Origin: an uncultured Actinomycetota bacterium
GTDB taxonomy: Bacteria; Actinomycetota; Actinomycetes; JAHEKZ01
Assembly: GCA_963848085.1 (NCBI GenBank)
Contig: CAWKCE010000003.1
Coordinates: forward strand, 999,300-1,063,299
DNA: 64,000 nucleotides
Direction: 5' to 3'
Each line of letters starts with the position of its first letter. The stretch's first letter is position 1. Positions 53,380 through 61,311 of this stretch are shown here, piece after piece. A program made the position numbers and the translations under genes. The notes under the pieces were generated by a model. That model had not been told where the DNA came from and did not search any database. It saw only the letters and a list, made by a program, of their open reading frames with translations.

Positions 53380-54987
53380 GTGGAGACCTCGGGATTCAGT
53401 GGCGCGACGCCGGACCAGTCGGTGGACGACGTCTCGACCGACACCGACGCGGCTTCGGACGTGTTCACCCCGGCGCCAGCACCCTCCTTCGACCCCGGGT
53501 CTGCCCTGCTGGCCCCGGAGGAGCCGGAGACCGCAGGATCGTCCGGGCTCCCCATGTCCTTGACGATCGCCGCCGAAGAGGCAGCCACCGTCGACCTGCC
53601 GGTGGAGGAGCCCAGCCGCGGATCGACGTACGAGTCGTTCTACGACCCGCAGGAGGCAACGGCCGCACCGGACGTGACGGAGGGGGAGCCGGCCAGCCCG
53701 GACCCGATGGAGCAGTGGCGCGCTGAGGCTGCCCTGGACGCCGGGGCGCCCGCCGCGCCGGCCGACCAGGGAGCGGACGAGCTGGTTACCCAGCCGGCGC
53801 CACCAGCGGACGACGTTGCCCCCGAATCCGTCGACGAGGACGGTGGGGTAGCCCTCGCGGACTCCGAGGCAGACGAGGCGTCCTACAACCGGGTCAGCAC
53901 CGAGCCCGTCCTGGGCGGTGAGGACATCGTCCTGGTCGACCTGCTGCTCACCATGCTGGAGCGTGGGGCGTCCGACCTCCACATCACCGCAGGTGCCCGC
54001 CCGGCGATCCGGGTCGATGGAGAGCTCTCCCAGATGGACGAGTTCCCTGTGCTGACGCCGCCGGTCATCCAGCGCGTGATGTACGCGGCGATCACGCAGC
54101 GTCAGCGGGAGATCTTCGAAGAGGTCCTGGAGCTGGACTTCGCCTACTCGGTCCCGGGTCGGGCGCGATTCCGCGTCAACATGTACCGGCAACGGGATGC
54201 GATCGGTGCTGCGTTCCGCATCATCCCATTCGAGATCAAGCCCCTCGAGGACCTCGGGGTCCCCAGCACAGTGGCCAACTTCGCGATGCTGGCACGCGGT
54301 TTCGTGCTGGTGACCGGACCCACCGGATCCGGCAAGTCCACGACCCTCGCGTCATTGGTCGACCTGGCGAACCGCAACCGCCAGGACCACATCATGACCT
54401 GTGAGGACCCGATCGAGTTCCTCCACCGGCACCGGAGCTGCCTGGTCAACCAGCGCGAGGTGGGGGAGGACACGCACTCGTTCCAGAACGCGCTGAAGCA
54501 TGTGCTGCGGCAGGACCCCGACATCATCCTGGTCGGCGAGATGCGTGACCTGGAGACCATCTCGGTCGCCCTTACCGCGGCTGAGACCGGCCACCTCGTC
54601 TTCGCGACCCTGCACACGCAGGATGCGGCCCAGACCATCGACCGGGTCATCGACGTGTTCCCCCCTCACCAGCAGCAGCAGGTGAGGGCCCAGCTGGCGA
54701 CCGCGATCCAAGGGGTCGTCTGCCAGACACTCGCCAAGAGTGCGGACGGTCGAGGTCGGGTCGTCGCGTGTGAGGTGATGGTGGCCACACCAGCAATCCG
54801 GAACCTGATCCGTGAGGGCAAGACCCACCAGATCTACAGCGCCATGCAGGCCGGCGCGAAGTTCGGGATGCAGACGATGGACCAACACCTGGCGGACCTG
54901 GTGAACAAGGGCCGCATTACCCACGAGATGGGTATCGAGAAGTGCCACCACATCGAAGACTACAAACGCCTCACCGGGCGCGGCTGA
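53380..54987 (+). CDS. pilT: Twitching-motility retraction ATPase PilT with ~180-aa acidic N-terminal extension
   Basis: Core from about residue 181: ASDLHITAGARPAIRVDGEL, GPTGSGKSTT, ILVGEMRD, and the PilT-specific AIRNLIREGK. RBS GAAGGAGG lies 7 nt before GTG 53380. Confidence 0.9.
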   Translation: METSGFSGATPDQSVDDVSTDTDAASDVFTPAPAPSFDPGSALLAPEEPETAGSSGLPMSLTIAAEEAATVDLPVEEPSRGSTYESFYDPQEATAAPDVTEGEPASPDPMEQWRAEAALDAGAPAAPADQGADELVTQPAPPADDVAPESVDEDGGVALADSEADEASYNRVSTEPVLGGEDIVLVDLLLTMLERGASDLHITAGARPAIRVDGELSQMDEFPVLTPPVIQRVMYAAITQRQREIFEEVLELDFAYSVPGRARFRVNMYRQRDAIGAAFRIIPFEIKPLEDLGVPSTVANFAMLARGFVLVTGPTGSGKSTTLASLVDLANRNRQDHIMTCEDPIEFLHRHRSCLVNQREVGEDTHSFQNALKHVLRQDPDIILVGEMRDLETISVALTAAETGHLVFATLHTQDAAQTIDRVIDVFPPHQQQQVRAQLATAIQGVVCQTLAKSADGRGRVVACEVMVATPAIRNLIREGKTHQIYSAMQAGAKFGMQTMDQHLADLVNKGRITHEMGIEKCHHIEDYKRLTGRG

Positions 54988-55001
54988 GACAGGAGCGACC
55001 C

Positions 55002-56225
55002 ATGGCGACAACGACGACATACCAGTACTCGGTCCGCGACAAGGCGGGCAAGGTCGTTTCCGGAACCCTTGATGCGGACTCGCCGACGGCGGTGGCTGCG
55101 AAGCTGAAGCAGCTGGGCTACACCCCGGTCAGCATCGCCGAGCACAAGCCCGGAATGAAGCGCGAGCTCAAGGTGCCCGGCTTCGGCGGCAAGGTGAAGC
55201 TGAAGGACCTGGCCGTGATGTCTCGCCAGTTCGCGACCATGATTAACAGCGGGCTGTCGCTGCTCCGAGCCCTCAACATCCTCTCGGAGCAGACACCCAA
55301 CCCCAAGCTGGCCGAAGTCCTGCGCGAGGTGCGCAACGAGGTCGAGACCGGCAACGCGCTGTCAGCGGCGATGGGAAACTTCCCCGACGTCTTCCCGCCA
55401 CTGATGGTCAACATGATCAAGGCCGGAGAGGTTGGCGGGTTCCTGGACCAGGTGCTGCTGCAGATCGCGGCCAACTACGAGGCTGAAGTACGGCTGAAGG
55501 GCAAGGTCAAGTCGGCTATGACCTACCCGGTGGTCGTCTTCGTGATGGCGATCCTGGCCGTCGTCGGCATGCTCTTGTTCATCGTTCCGGTGTTCGACAA
55601 GATGTTCGACGGACTGGGCGCAGACCTACCGGCCCCCACCCAGATGCTGGTCAACCTGTCCAACCTGCTGAAGACGTTCTTCCCGGTTCTGATCGTCATG
55701 CTCGTCGTCGGATCCTTCGTCTGGCGGAAGGTCAAGCGCACCGACCGGGTGCGGAACGTGGTTGACCCGCTGAAGCTGAAGATCCCGGTCTTTGGACCGT
55801 TGTTCCAGAAGATCGCCCTCAGCCGGTTCACGCGTAACTTCGGAACCTTGCTGCACGCCGGTGTGCCGATCCTGCAGAGCCTGGACATCGTGGCGGACAC
55901 GTCAGGGAACGTGGTCGTCGCGCGTGCCGTCCGGGACGTCCAGGAGAGCGTGCGCAACGGCGAGTCGCTCACCGGACCCCTCGCGCAGCACGCAATCTTC
56001 CCGCCGATGGTCGTGCAGATGCTGGCCGTCGGGGAGGACACCGGTGCGCTCGACGCGATGCTGCACAAGATCAGCGAGTTCTACGACCAGGAGGTCGAGT
56101 CCACGACCGAGTCCCTGACGGCGCTCATCGAGCCGTTGATGATCGCGGTTCTTGGTGGCCTGGTCGGCAGCATGATCATCGCCTTGTACATGCCCATCTT
56201 CAAGGTCTTCGACCTCATCGGGTAG
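55002..56225 (+). CDS. pilC: Type IV pilus platform protein PilC (GspF family)
   Basis: Two GspF repeats (..FSRQFATMINSGLSLLRAL.. and ..FTRNFGTLLHAGVPILQSL..) and three TM segments. 407 aa. Confidence 0.9.
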   Translation: MATTTTYQYSVRDKAGKVVSGTLDADSPTAVAAKLKQLGYTPVSIAEHKPGMKRELKVPGFGGKVKLKDLAVMSRQFATMINSGLSLLRALNILSEQTPNPKLAEVLREVRNEVETGNALSAAMGNFPDVFPPLMVNMIKAGEVGGFLDQVLLQIAANYEAEVRLKGKVKSAMTYPVVVFVMAILAVVGMLLFIVPVFDKMFDGLGADLPAPTQMLVNLSNLLKTFFPVLIVMLVVGSFVWRKVKRTDRVRNVVDPLKLKIPVFGPLFQKIALSRFTRNFGTLLHAGVPILQSLDIVADTSGNVVVARAVRDVQESVRNGESLTGPLAQHAIFPPMVVQMLAVGEDTGALDAMLHKISEFYDQEVESTTESLTALIEPLMIAVLGGLVGSMIIALYMPIFKVFDLIG

Positions 56226-56267
56226 GCGGCTCGGCGAGTCCGGTTCGTGACCAATTCGCCCGGTCGA

Positions 56268-56297
56268 GGGCTCAAGTCCAGCGTCCCGCCAGTCGAA
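56268..56297 (+). promoter_or_regulatory. Sigma-28-like promoter motif, site 2: GGGCTCAAG-N15-GTCGAA
   Basis: Lies in the 251-nt pilC-pilA gap, about 180 nt upstream of the pilA ATG. Confidence 0.5.
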
Positions 56298-56476
56298 ACC
56301 TCCAGTGTCATAGAGCCAACCGGCCAGAACGGGCACACCCGTCGCGAGGCGGGGTCGCAAAGCCAGGGGACCCATGTGGTCGGCCTAGCTGCCTCGGTCG
56401 GCACTCCACCCGGAGCGCCGCAGAGGGCCAGAAGGACCGCTCGGCTCATCAACCTCATCCGGAGGAGAACAACAGC

Positions 56477-56896
56477 ATGATCGCTCGTATCCGCAAGGCC
56501 CAGGAGGAGCGCGAGGGTGGCTTCACCCTCATCGAGCTCCTGGTCGTTGTCATCATCATCGGTATCCTCGCCGCGATCGCCATCCCGGTGTTCCTGAACC
56601 AGCGTCAGAAGGCCGTCGACTCGTCGATGAAGGCCGACGCTCGCGCAGTGGCCAACGAGATGGAGACCGCGTTCACCGACACGCAGGTCTACCCAGTCAG
56701 CTTTGCCGGGGTCTCTGCTTCCGTCAAGCTGTCGCCCGGAAACGCGGCGACCGTTGTTCGGTCGACCATCGGGTCGTCCTACTGCGTGACCATCACCCGC
56801 ACCGCGGGGTCGCAGCCCGGCTCGCAGGCGAACTGGGTGTACGACAGCAACGACGGTGGCCTTCAGGGCCCCGGCGTGGCTTGCGTCGACAACTGA
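56477..56896 (+). CDS. pilA: Type IV major pilin (prepilin with class III signal peptide)
   Basis: MIARIRKAQEEREGG/FTLIELLVVVIIIGILAAIAIPVF: G-1, F+1, E+5 and a hydrophobic helix. 139 aa with two Cys in the C-terminal part. RBS GGAGGAG. Confidence 0.9.
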   Translation: MIARIRKAQEEREGGFTLIELLVVVIIIGILAAIAIPVFLNQRQKAVDSSMKADARAVANEMETAFTDTQVYPVSFAGVSASVKLSPGNAATVVRSTIGSSYCVTITRTAGSQPGSQANWVYDSNDGGLQGPGVACVDN

Positions 56897-56912
56897 TCGA
56901 CTGCTCAACCGT

Positions 56913-56944
56913 TTCGGGGTCGCACCTTCGGGTGCGGCCCCGAA
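56913..56944 (+). terminator. Intrinsic-terminator-like hairpin after pilA (14-bp stem, TTCG loop)
   Basis: ttcggggtcgcacc-ttcg-ggtgcggccccgaa, with one G-U pair. Starts 17 nt after the pilA stop. No U-tract. Confidence 0.6.
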
Positions 56945-56966
56945 CCACGTTCACCCGGAAGCACTG

Positions 56967-56992
56967 TCAAGGCCGACCGGCTCACTGCCGAT
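56967..56992 (+). promoter_or_regulatory. Sigma-28-like promoter motif, site 6: TCAAG-N15-GCCGAT
   Basis: Lies between the pilA terminator hairpin and the minor pilin operon, about 45 nt upstream of GTG 57037/57043. Confidence 0.5.
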
Positions 56993-57036
56993 GAAAGGTC
57001 TCGAGGGTCGTTCGGCCCTGCCTCATCGAAGGGGGA

Positions 57037-58590
57037 GTGGGCGTGCTCCAGCACTGGCGCAACCGGATCCGCCGGGACGACGCCGGCATCAGCCTGGTCG
57101 AGATGCTGGTGGCGCTCGTCGTCACCTCCATCGCCTTCACCGCTCTCGCCGCCGCCATCTTGACCGGTGTCCGCTCGGCGCAGACGGCGACCGTGGTGAC
57201 CGCCGGCAACCAGCTCGCGTCCGAGCAGGTGGAGCGGCTTCGTGCGATCGACTGGTCGCTGCTGGGGCACTACGCAGACGAGCCCGGCTGGGGCAGCGGG
57301 TACTACGGTGGCGAGAACCTGGTGATGGTCGCTGCGACGACGCCCAGCCCCCGCCCCGTTGAGGTCCCGTACCTGGCCGCGCAGACGGTCACGATCAAGA
57401 ACGTCGCCTACTCGGTCACGACCCGGGTCACCTGGGCGGGGTCCTCCGTCGGTACGCCGAACACGGGCGCCACGTACGCGAGCAAGCGGATCACCGTGAC
57501 GGTGACCTCCGACTTCCGTGGCCAGACCCGCACGAGCACCCAGACCGCTCTGCGGACGCCGAACGCCAAGGAGATGAAGCCACCCAGCGCCGCGGGGGCG
57601 ACCCCGATCAGCATCACCACGTCCAGCGTGAGCCCGAACCAGCCGCTCGGCCCGAACGGTGAGCTGACCCAAGAGCTCATCCTGCTGGCGTCCACGTCGG
57701 TCGTCGCGCAGGACGTGACCGCGACCTACACCCTGGCAACGGGAGCGACGGCAACGACCGCACTGGCCCCGGACGCCACCGCCAAGCTGTGGACGATCCG
57801 GCTACCGGTGGGCACCGGTCCGTTCACGCCTGGAACCGCCGTCTTCACGTACACGGCCACCCACGCTTCCGGGTCGACGACGACCGCGAGCGCGCAGGTC
57901 CAGTTCACCGCGTACAGCGGCTCGTTCACGCTCAACAACCCGAACGCCAGCACGACCTACAGCCAGCTGGCGGTCGACTACACGCTGGCCGCGCCGATCA
58001 CGGTGTCGGTCACGACGTCCGACCCGGCCACCGTGGTCACCGGGACCTACCCCTTGAGCAGCGGCTCCGACGGCACGCTGACCTTGACCGGCGGCCCCAC
58101 CAACTGGACCGGGTCCATCCCCATCGGGGCCGGACCCATCACGGCAGGCAACCTGACGATCACGCTGAGCGCGACCTCCGTCGGTGGGAGCACGGCGACG
58201 GCGACGGCGGCCGTGGTCCTCCAGGCGCCGTCGCTGGGGGCGATCGAGATCGTTGGGCTGACCGCCTCGCCGAACCTGTGCACCAAGCAGAGCGGCGGCT
58301 ACCCGACCTGGCGTGACTCGACCCTCACCGCCGAGGTGAAGAACGTCTCCGCCACGACCGGCACCGTGACGATCAAGCTGGGTGCGGACGCGGCGGTGAC
58401 CGCGACCGCCGTCGGCGCCATCGGAGGCTCCGGCGGGCAGCTGTTCCGGATCACCGTCCCGACCGGCCACGCGATCCCGACCGCACCGGTCACCGTGCAG
58501 GTGGTGGCGACGCGCACGGCCGACTCGGCGACGCAGAGCCGTGACTTCCCGGTCCCGGTGACGCGGAAGAACTCGGTGAACGCATGCTGA
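57037..58590 (+). CDS. Large (517 aa) prepilin-type minor pilin with three Thr/Ala-rich ~105-aa repeats
   Basis: RRDDAG/ISLVEMLVALVVTSIAF class III signal with E+5. The C-terminal 320 aa form three tandem repeats. Start at GTG 57037 or 57043. Confidence 0.8.
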   Translation: MGVLQHWRNRIRRDDAGISLVEMLVALVVTSIAFTALAAAILTGVRSAQTATVVTAGNQLASEQVERLRAIDWSLLGHYADEPGWGSGYYGGENLVMVAATTPSPRPVEVPYLAAQTVTIKNVAYSVTTRVTWAGSSVGTPNTGATYASKRITVTVTSDFRGQTRTSTQTALRTPNAKEMKPPSAAGATPISITTSSVSPNQPLGPNGELTQELILLASTSVVAQDVTATYTLATGATATTALAPDATAKLWTIRLPVGTGPFTPGTAVFTYTATHASGSTTTASAQVQFTAYSGSFTLNNPNASTTYSQLAVDYTLAAPITVSVTTSDPATVVTGTYPLSSGSDGTLTLTGGPTNWTGSIPIGAGPITAGNLTITLSATSVGGSTATATAAVVLQAPSLGAIEIVGLTASPNLCTKQSGGYPTWRDSTLTAEVKNVSATTGTVTIKLGADAAVTATAVGAIGGSGGQLFRITVPTGHAIPTAPVTVQVVATRTADSATQSRDFPVPVTRKNSVNAC

Positions 58591-59201
58591 ACAGACTCCG
58601 CAGGAGCCGCTCCGGCAGCCGTGACGCCGGGTACTCCCTAGTCGAGATGCTGGTGGTCGTGGTGATCCTCGGCGTGGTCAGTGCCGTGGTAAGCGCCGCG
58701 ATCATCAGCAGCCTCCGGGTGCAGCAGGTGACCGAGTCGAACGTGACCTCGATGGCCGGTGCGCGCACCGCCATCGAGCGGATGTCGCGTGACATCCGGA
58801 CCGCCAACCCGCTACGGACCGCCGAGGCGAACGTCATCAGCTTCGACATGTACTACGGGACCAGATGCGAGCGCCGCACCTACTCGGTGGTCGCGGGCTC
58901 GATCGTCCTCAGCCGGGCGCAGTTCGCTGCGGGTGTGCGGTGTGGCGCGCCCGGGGCGGTCCCCGGTGCGGCGACCACGAGCACGGTCATCGAGGACGTC
59001 ACGAACACGACTGCGGCGCCGCTGTTCCGGTACTACCGGTGGGACACCGCCACCAAGACCCGTGTCGAGTCGACCGCGCCGGTGACCGTCGGGCTGACGT
59101 CGGTCGACACCGTCCGGATCAACGCGCTCGTCTCGGCCCTGCGGCAGGGCGACGTCGGAGTCCAGGCCCTGGTCGACCTCAGAAACGTGGAGATCAAATG
59201 A
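58584..59201 (+). CDS. Prepilin-type minor pilin (PilW/GspJ-like size)
   Basis: SRDAG/YSLVEMLVVVVILGVVSAVV class III signal with E+5. Its ATG overlaps the upstream gene by 7 nt. Confidence 0.8.
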   Translation: MLNRLRRSRSGSRDAGYSLVEMLVVVVILGVVSAVVSAAIISSLRVQQVTESNVTSMAGARTAIERMSRDIRTANPLRTAEANVISFDMYYGTRCERRTYSVVAGSIVLSRAQFAAGVRCGAPGAVPGAATTSTVIEDVTNTTAAPLFRYYRWDTATKTRVESTAPVTVGLTSVDTVRINALVSALRQGDVGVQALVDLRNVEIK

Positions 59202-60364
59202 TGGCTTTCCGCAACCGCCTCCTGCGCTCGGGGAGGGACGACCGAGGGTCAATGCTCCTCGCGCTGTCCGGCGTCCTCGTGGTGACCGGGATCATGATGG
59301 CCTTCCTCGTGACGGTCCTCATCGCCCAGGACTCCACGCGGCACGACTACCGGTACACCAAGTCCATCCAGGGTGCGGACGCCGGCGTTCAGCAGGCGTA
59401 CTACCAGATCAACACGCTGCCGGCCGGGTCGACCAGCACCTCCCTGACGTCTGGTGGCACCGTCACGCTGGACGGCGTCGACTACTTCTGGACCGCAGCC
59501 CGTCCGGCCGCCGAGTCGCTCACCTGGACCGTGGAGTCCACGGGGACGACCACGGTCGGGACGCAGACGACCACGCGCACGGTGACGGCGACGATCGGCC
59601 AGAGCGCGCTGTTCAACATGGCGGCCTTCGCCGACTCCACGCTGAACTTCAACGGCAACAACCTCGCCACCTCCTACCCCGCTCCCGGCCAGGGGCAGAT
59701 CGGCACCAACGGGTCGATGACCCTCCTGGGGAACTCGACCTCGGTGGACGCGGTGGTCCTGTACGACTACGACGCGAACCCGGACCCCAGCCGGTGCACC
59801 GGGGCCGCCTGCAGCGCGCCGACGACCACGAACGGCAGCAAGCTGGACATCGCCGGCGCGGCCGCTACCGACGGGTTCATCCAGGCGCAGCTCGACGCCT
59901 GCAAGGCGGTCGCGCCGCTCACCGCGTTCGTCGGCACGACCATTGCTGCCCGGCCGGAGCCCTACTGCTTCACCTCCTTCTTCGCCGACACGCAGAACTT
60001 CACGGTCACGGGGCCAGGCACGGCACGCATCTTCGTCGAAGGTGGGGACGTCGTGCTCGGCAACAAGAACCACAGCGACGTGAACAACGACGTCCCCGGG
60101 ACACCGACGTCGGTGAAGCTGCAGATCTACACCACCGGCCAGACGGTCAGCATGTACAACCAGGGCGAGATCGCGGCCGCGGTGTACGCACCGAACGCCG
60201 CCTGCGGCGGTGTCACCTCGAACGCCGGCACGACCTTCTACGGGTCCATGATCTGCAAGACGATCGACAACGTCGGTGGCTGGACGTTCAAGTACGACAC
60301 GCGACTGTCCAGCATCGGCGACGGGATCTGGCGTTTGAAGGACTACTCGGAGCCCGGCGCCTGA
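59198..60364 (+). CDS. PilX-N-like pilus-associated protein (no Glu+5)
   Basis: DDRG/SMLLALSGVLVVTGIMMAFLV hydrophobic N-terminus followed by an A..AG.QQAYYQIN helix, as in the PilX N-terminal domain. ATGA overlap with the upstream gene. Confidence 0.6.
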   Translation: MMAFRNRLLRSGRDDRGSMLLALSGVLVVTGIMMAFLVTVLIAQDSTRHDYRYTKSIQGADAGVQQAYYQINTLPAGSTSTSLTSGGTVTLDGVDYFWTAARPAAESLTWTVESTGTTTVGTQTTTRTVTATIGQSALFNMAAFADSTLNFNGNNLATSYPAPGQGQIGTNGSMTLLGNSTSVDAVVLYDYDANPDPSRCTGAACSAPTTTNGSKLDIAGAAATDGFIQAQLDACKAVAPLTAFVGTTIAARPEPYCFTSFFADTQNFTVTGPGTARIFVEGGDVVLGNKNHSDVNNDVPGTPTSVKLQIYTTGQTVSMYNQGEIAAAVYAPNAACGGVTSNAGTTFYGSMICKTIDNVGGWTFKYDTRLSSIGDGIWRLKDYSEPGA

Positions 60365-60409
60365 GCCCTCCTGCGGGAGGACCTGGCGCGTGGGGTAGAA
60401 CTGCCGACC

Positions 60410-61189
60410 GTGGACACCCTCGTACTCGTCATGGTGGGCGTACTTGGGCTCGTTGTGGGCTCGTTCCTGAACGTCGTCATCCACCGGGTCCCGGCCGGCG
60501 AGTCTGTCGTTCATCCCCGCTCGAGGTGCCCGGGGTGCGGCACCGAGATTGCGGCGCGCGACAACGTCCCCGTCGTCTCCTGGCTGCTTCTTCGTGGGCG
60601 GTGCCGCAGCTGCGGTGAGCCGATCAGCGTGCGCTACCCGCTGGTCGAACTCGGAACTGCCGCGCTGTTCGTCCTGCTCACCGTCGAGATCGGCGTCGGC
60701 TGGGCGCTGCCGGCGTTTCTCTACCTGGGCGCGGTCGGAGTGGCATTGGCCGCCATCGACCTCGACACCCACCGGCTGCCGAACGCGCTCACGCTGCCGT
60801 CGTACGCAGTAGGCGGGCTGCTGCTGCTCCTCCCGGCGGTTGCGGACGGCTCGTGGGACGCCTACCTCAGGGCTTGGCTGGGAGCGGCTGCGTTGTTCGC
60901 CTTCTACCTGCTCCTGGTCGTGGTGTATCCGGCGGGCATGGGACTGGGCGACGTGAAGCTCGCGGGAGTCCTGGGGCTCTACCTGGGCTGGTTGGGCTGG
61001 GGAGCGCTCGTTGTGGGGGGCTTCCTGGGCTTCCTCCTGGGTGCCGTGGTCGGGGGCACGCTCATGGTCGTTCGACGGACCGGTCGCAAGTCGAAGATCC
61101 CCTTCGGACCGTTCATGCTGGCCGGAACGCTGCTCGCAGTGATCTGGGGGAGCTCCGTGTGGGACTGGTACCTCGGCCGTCTCGGCTGA
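60410..61189 (+). CDS. pilD: Prepilin peptidase / N-methyltransferase (A24 family)
   Basis: CPGCG..CRSCG zinc pairs. The two catalytic Asp contexts are AAIDLDTHRLPN and GMGLGDVKLAG. Eight TM segments. Confidence 0.9.
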   Translation: MDTLVLVMVGVLGLVVGSFLNVVIHRVPAGESVVHPRSRCPGCGTEIAARDNVPVVSWLLLRGRCRSCGEPISVRYPLVELGTAALFVLLTVEIGVGWALPAFLYLGAVGVALAAIDLDTHRLPNALTLPSYAVGGLLLLLPAVADGSWDAYLRAWLGAAALFAFYLLLVVVYPAGMGLGDVKLAGVLGLYLGWLGWGALVVGGFLGFLLGAVVGGTLMVVRRTGRKSKIPFGPFMLAGTLLAVIWGSSVWDWYLGRLG

Positions 61190-61211
61190 TCCAGACCCAA
61201 TTTCTCCCCTG

Positions 61212-61241
61212 GGGCTCAAGCAGCCCGCGATTCACGCCGAT
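61212..61241 (+). promoter_or_regulatory. Sigma-28-like promoter motif, site 3: GGGCTCAAG-N15-GCCGAT
   Basis: Intergenic, 71 nt upstream of pilM GTG 61312. Shares the extended CCCYTGGGGCTCAAG with site 1. Confidence 0.55.
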
Positions 61242-61311
61242 GTCCCCGCTGACATAGCCCGAACGGGCTCACCCACGTGGCCCAACGGGTTGCTCGGGAA
61301 GGGGAATCGAC

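Noticed and set aside
56330-56440. Possible class I c-di-GMP riboswitch, because of a CGCAAAGCC string in the pilA leader.
   Set aside because: I could not assemble the conserved three-helix GEMM architecture or the GGCAAAC element by eye. The similarity is only 9-10 nt. I kept it only as a suggestion to run Rfam.
56247-56480. 77-aa ORF filling the pilC-pilA intergenic region.
   Set aside because: It would contain the promoter motif and run into the pilA start. Its composition is Arg/Pro/Gly/Thr-rich with no RBS. I treated it as leader RNA rather than a gene.
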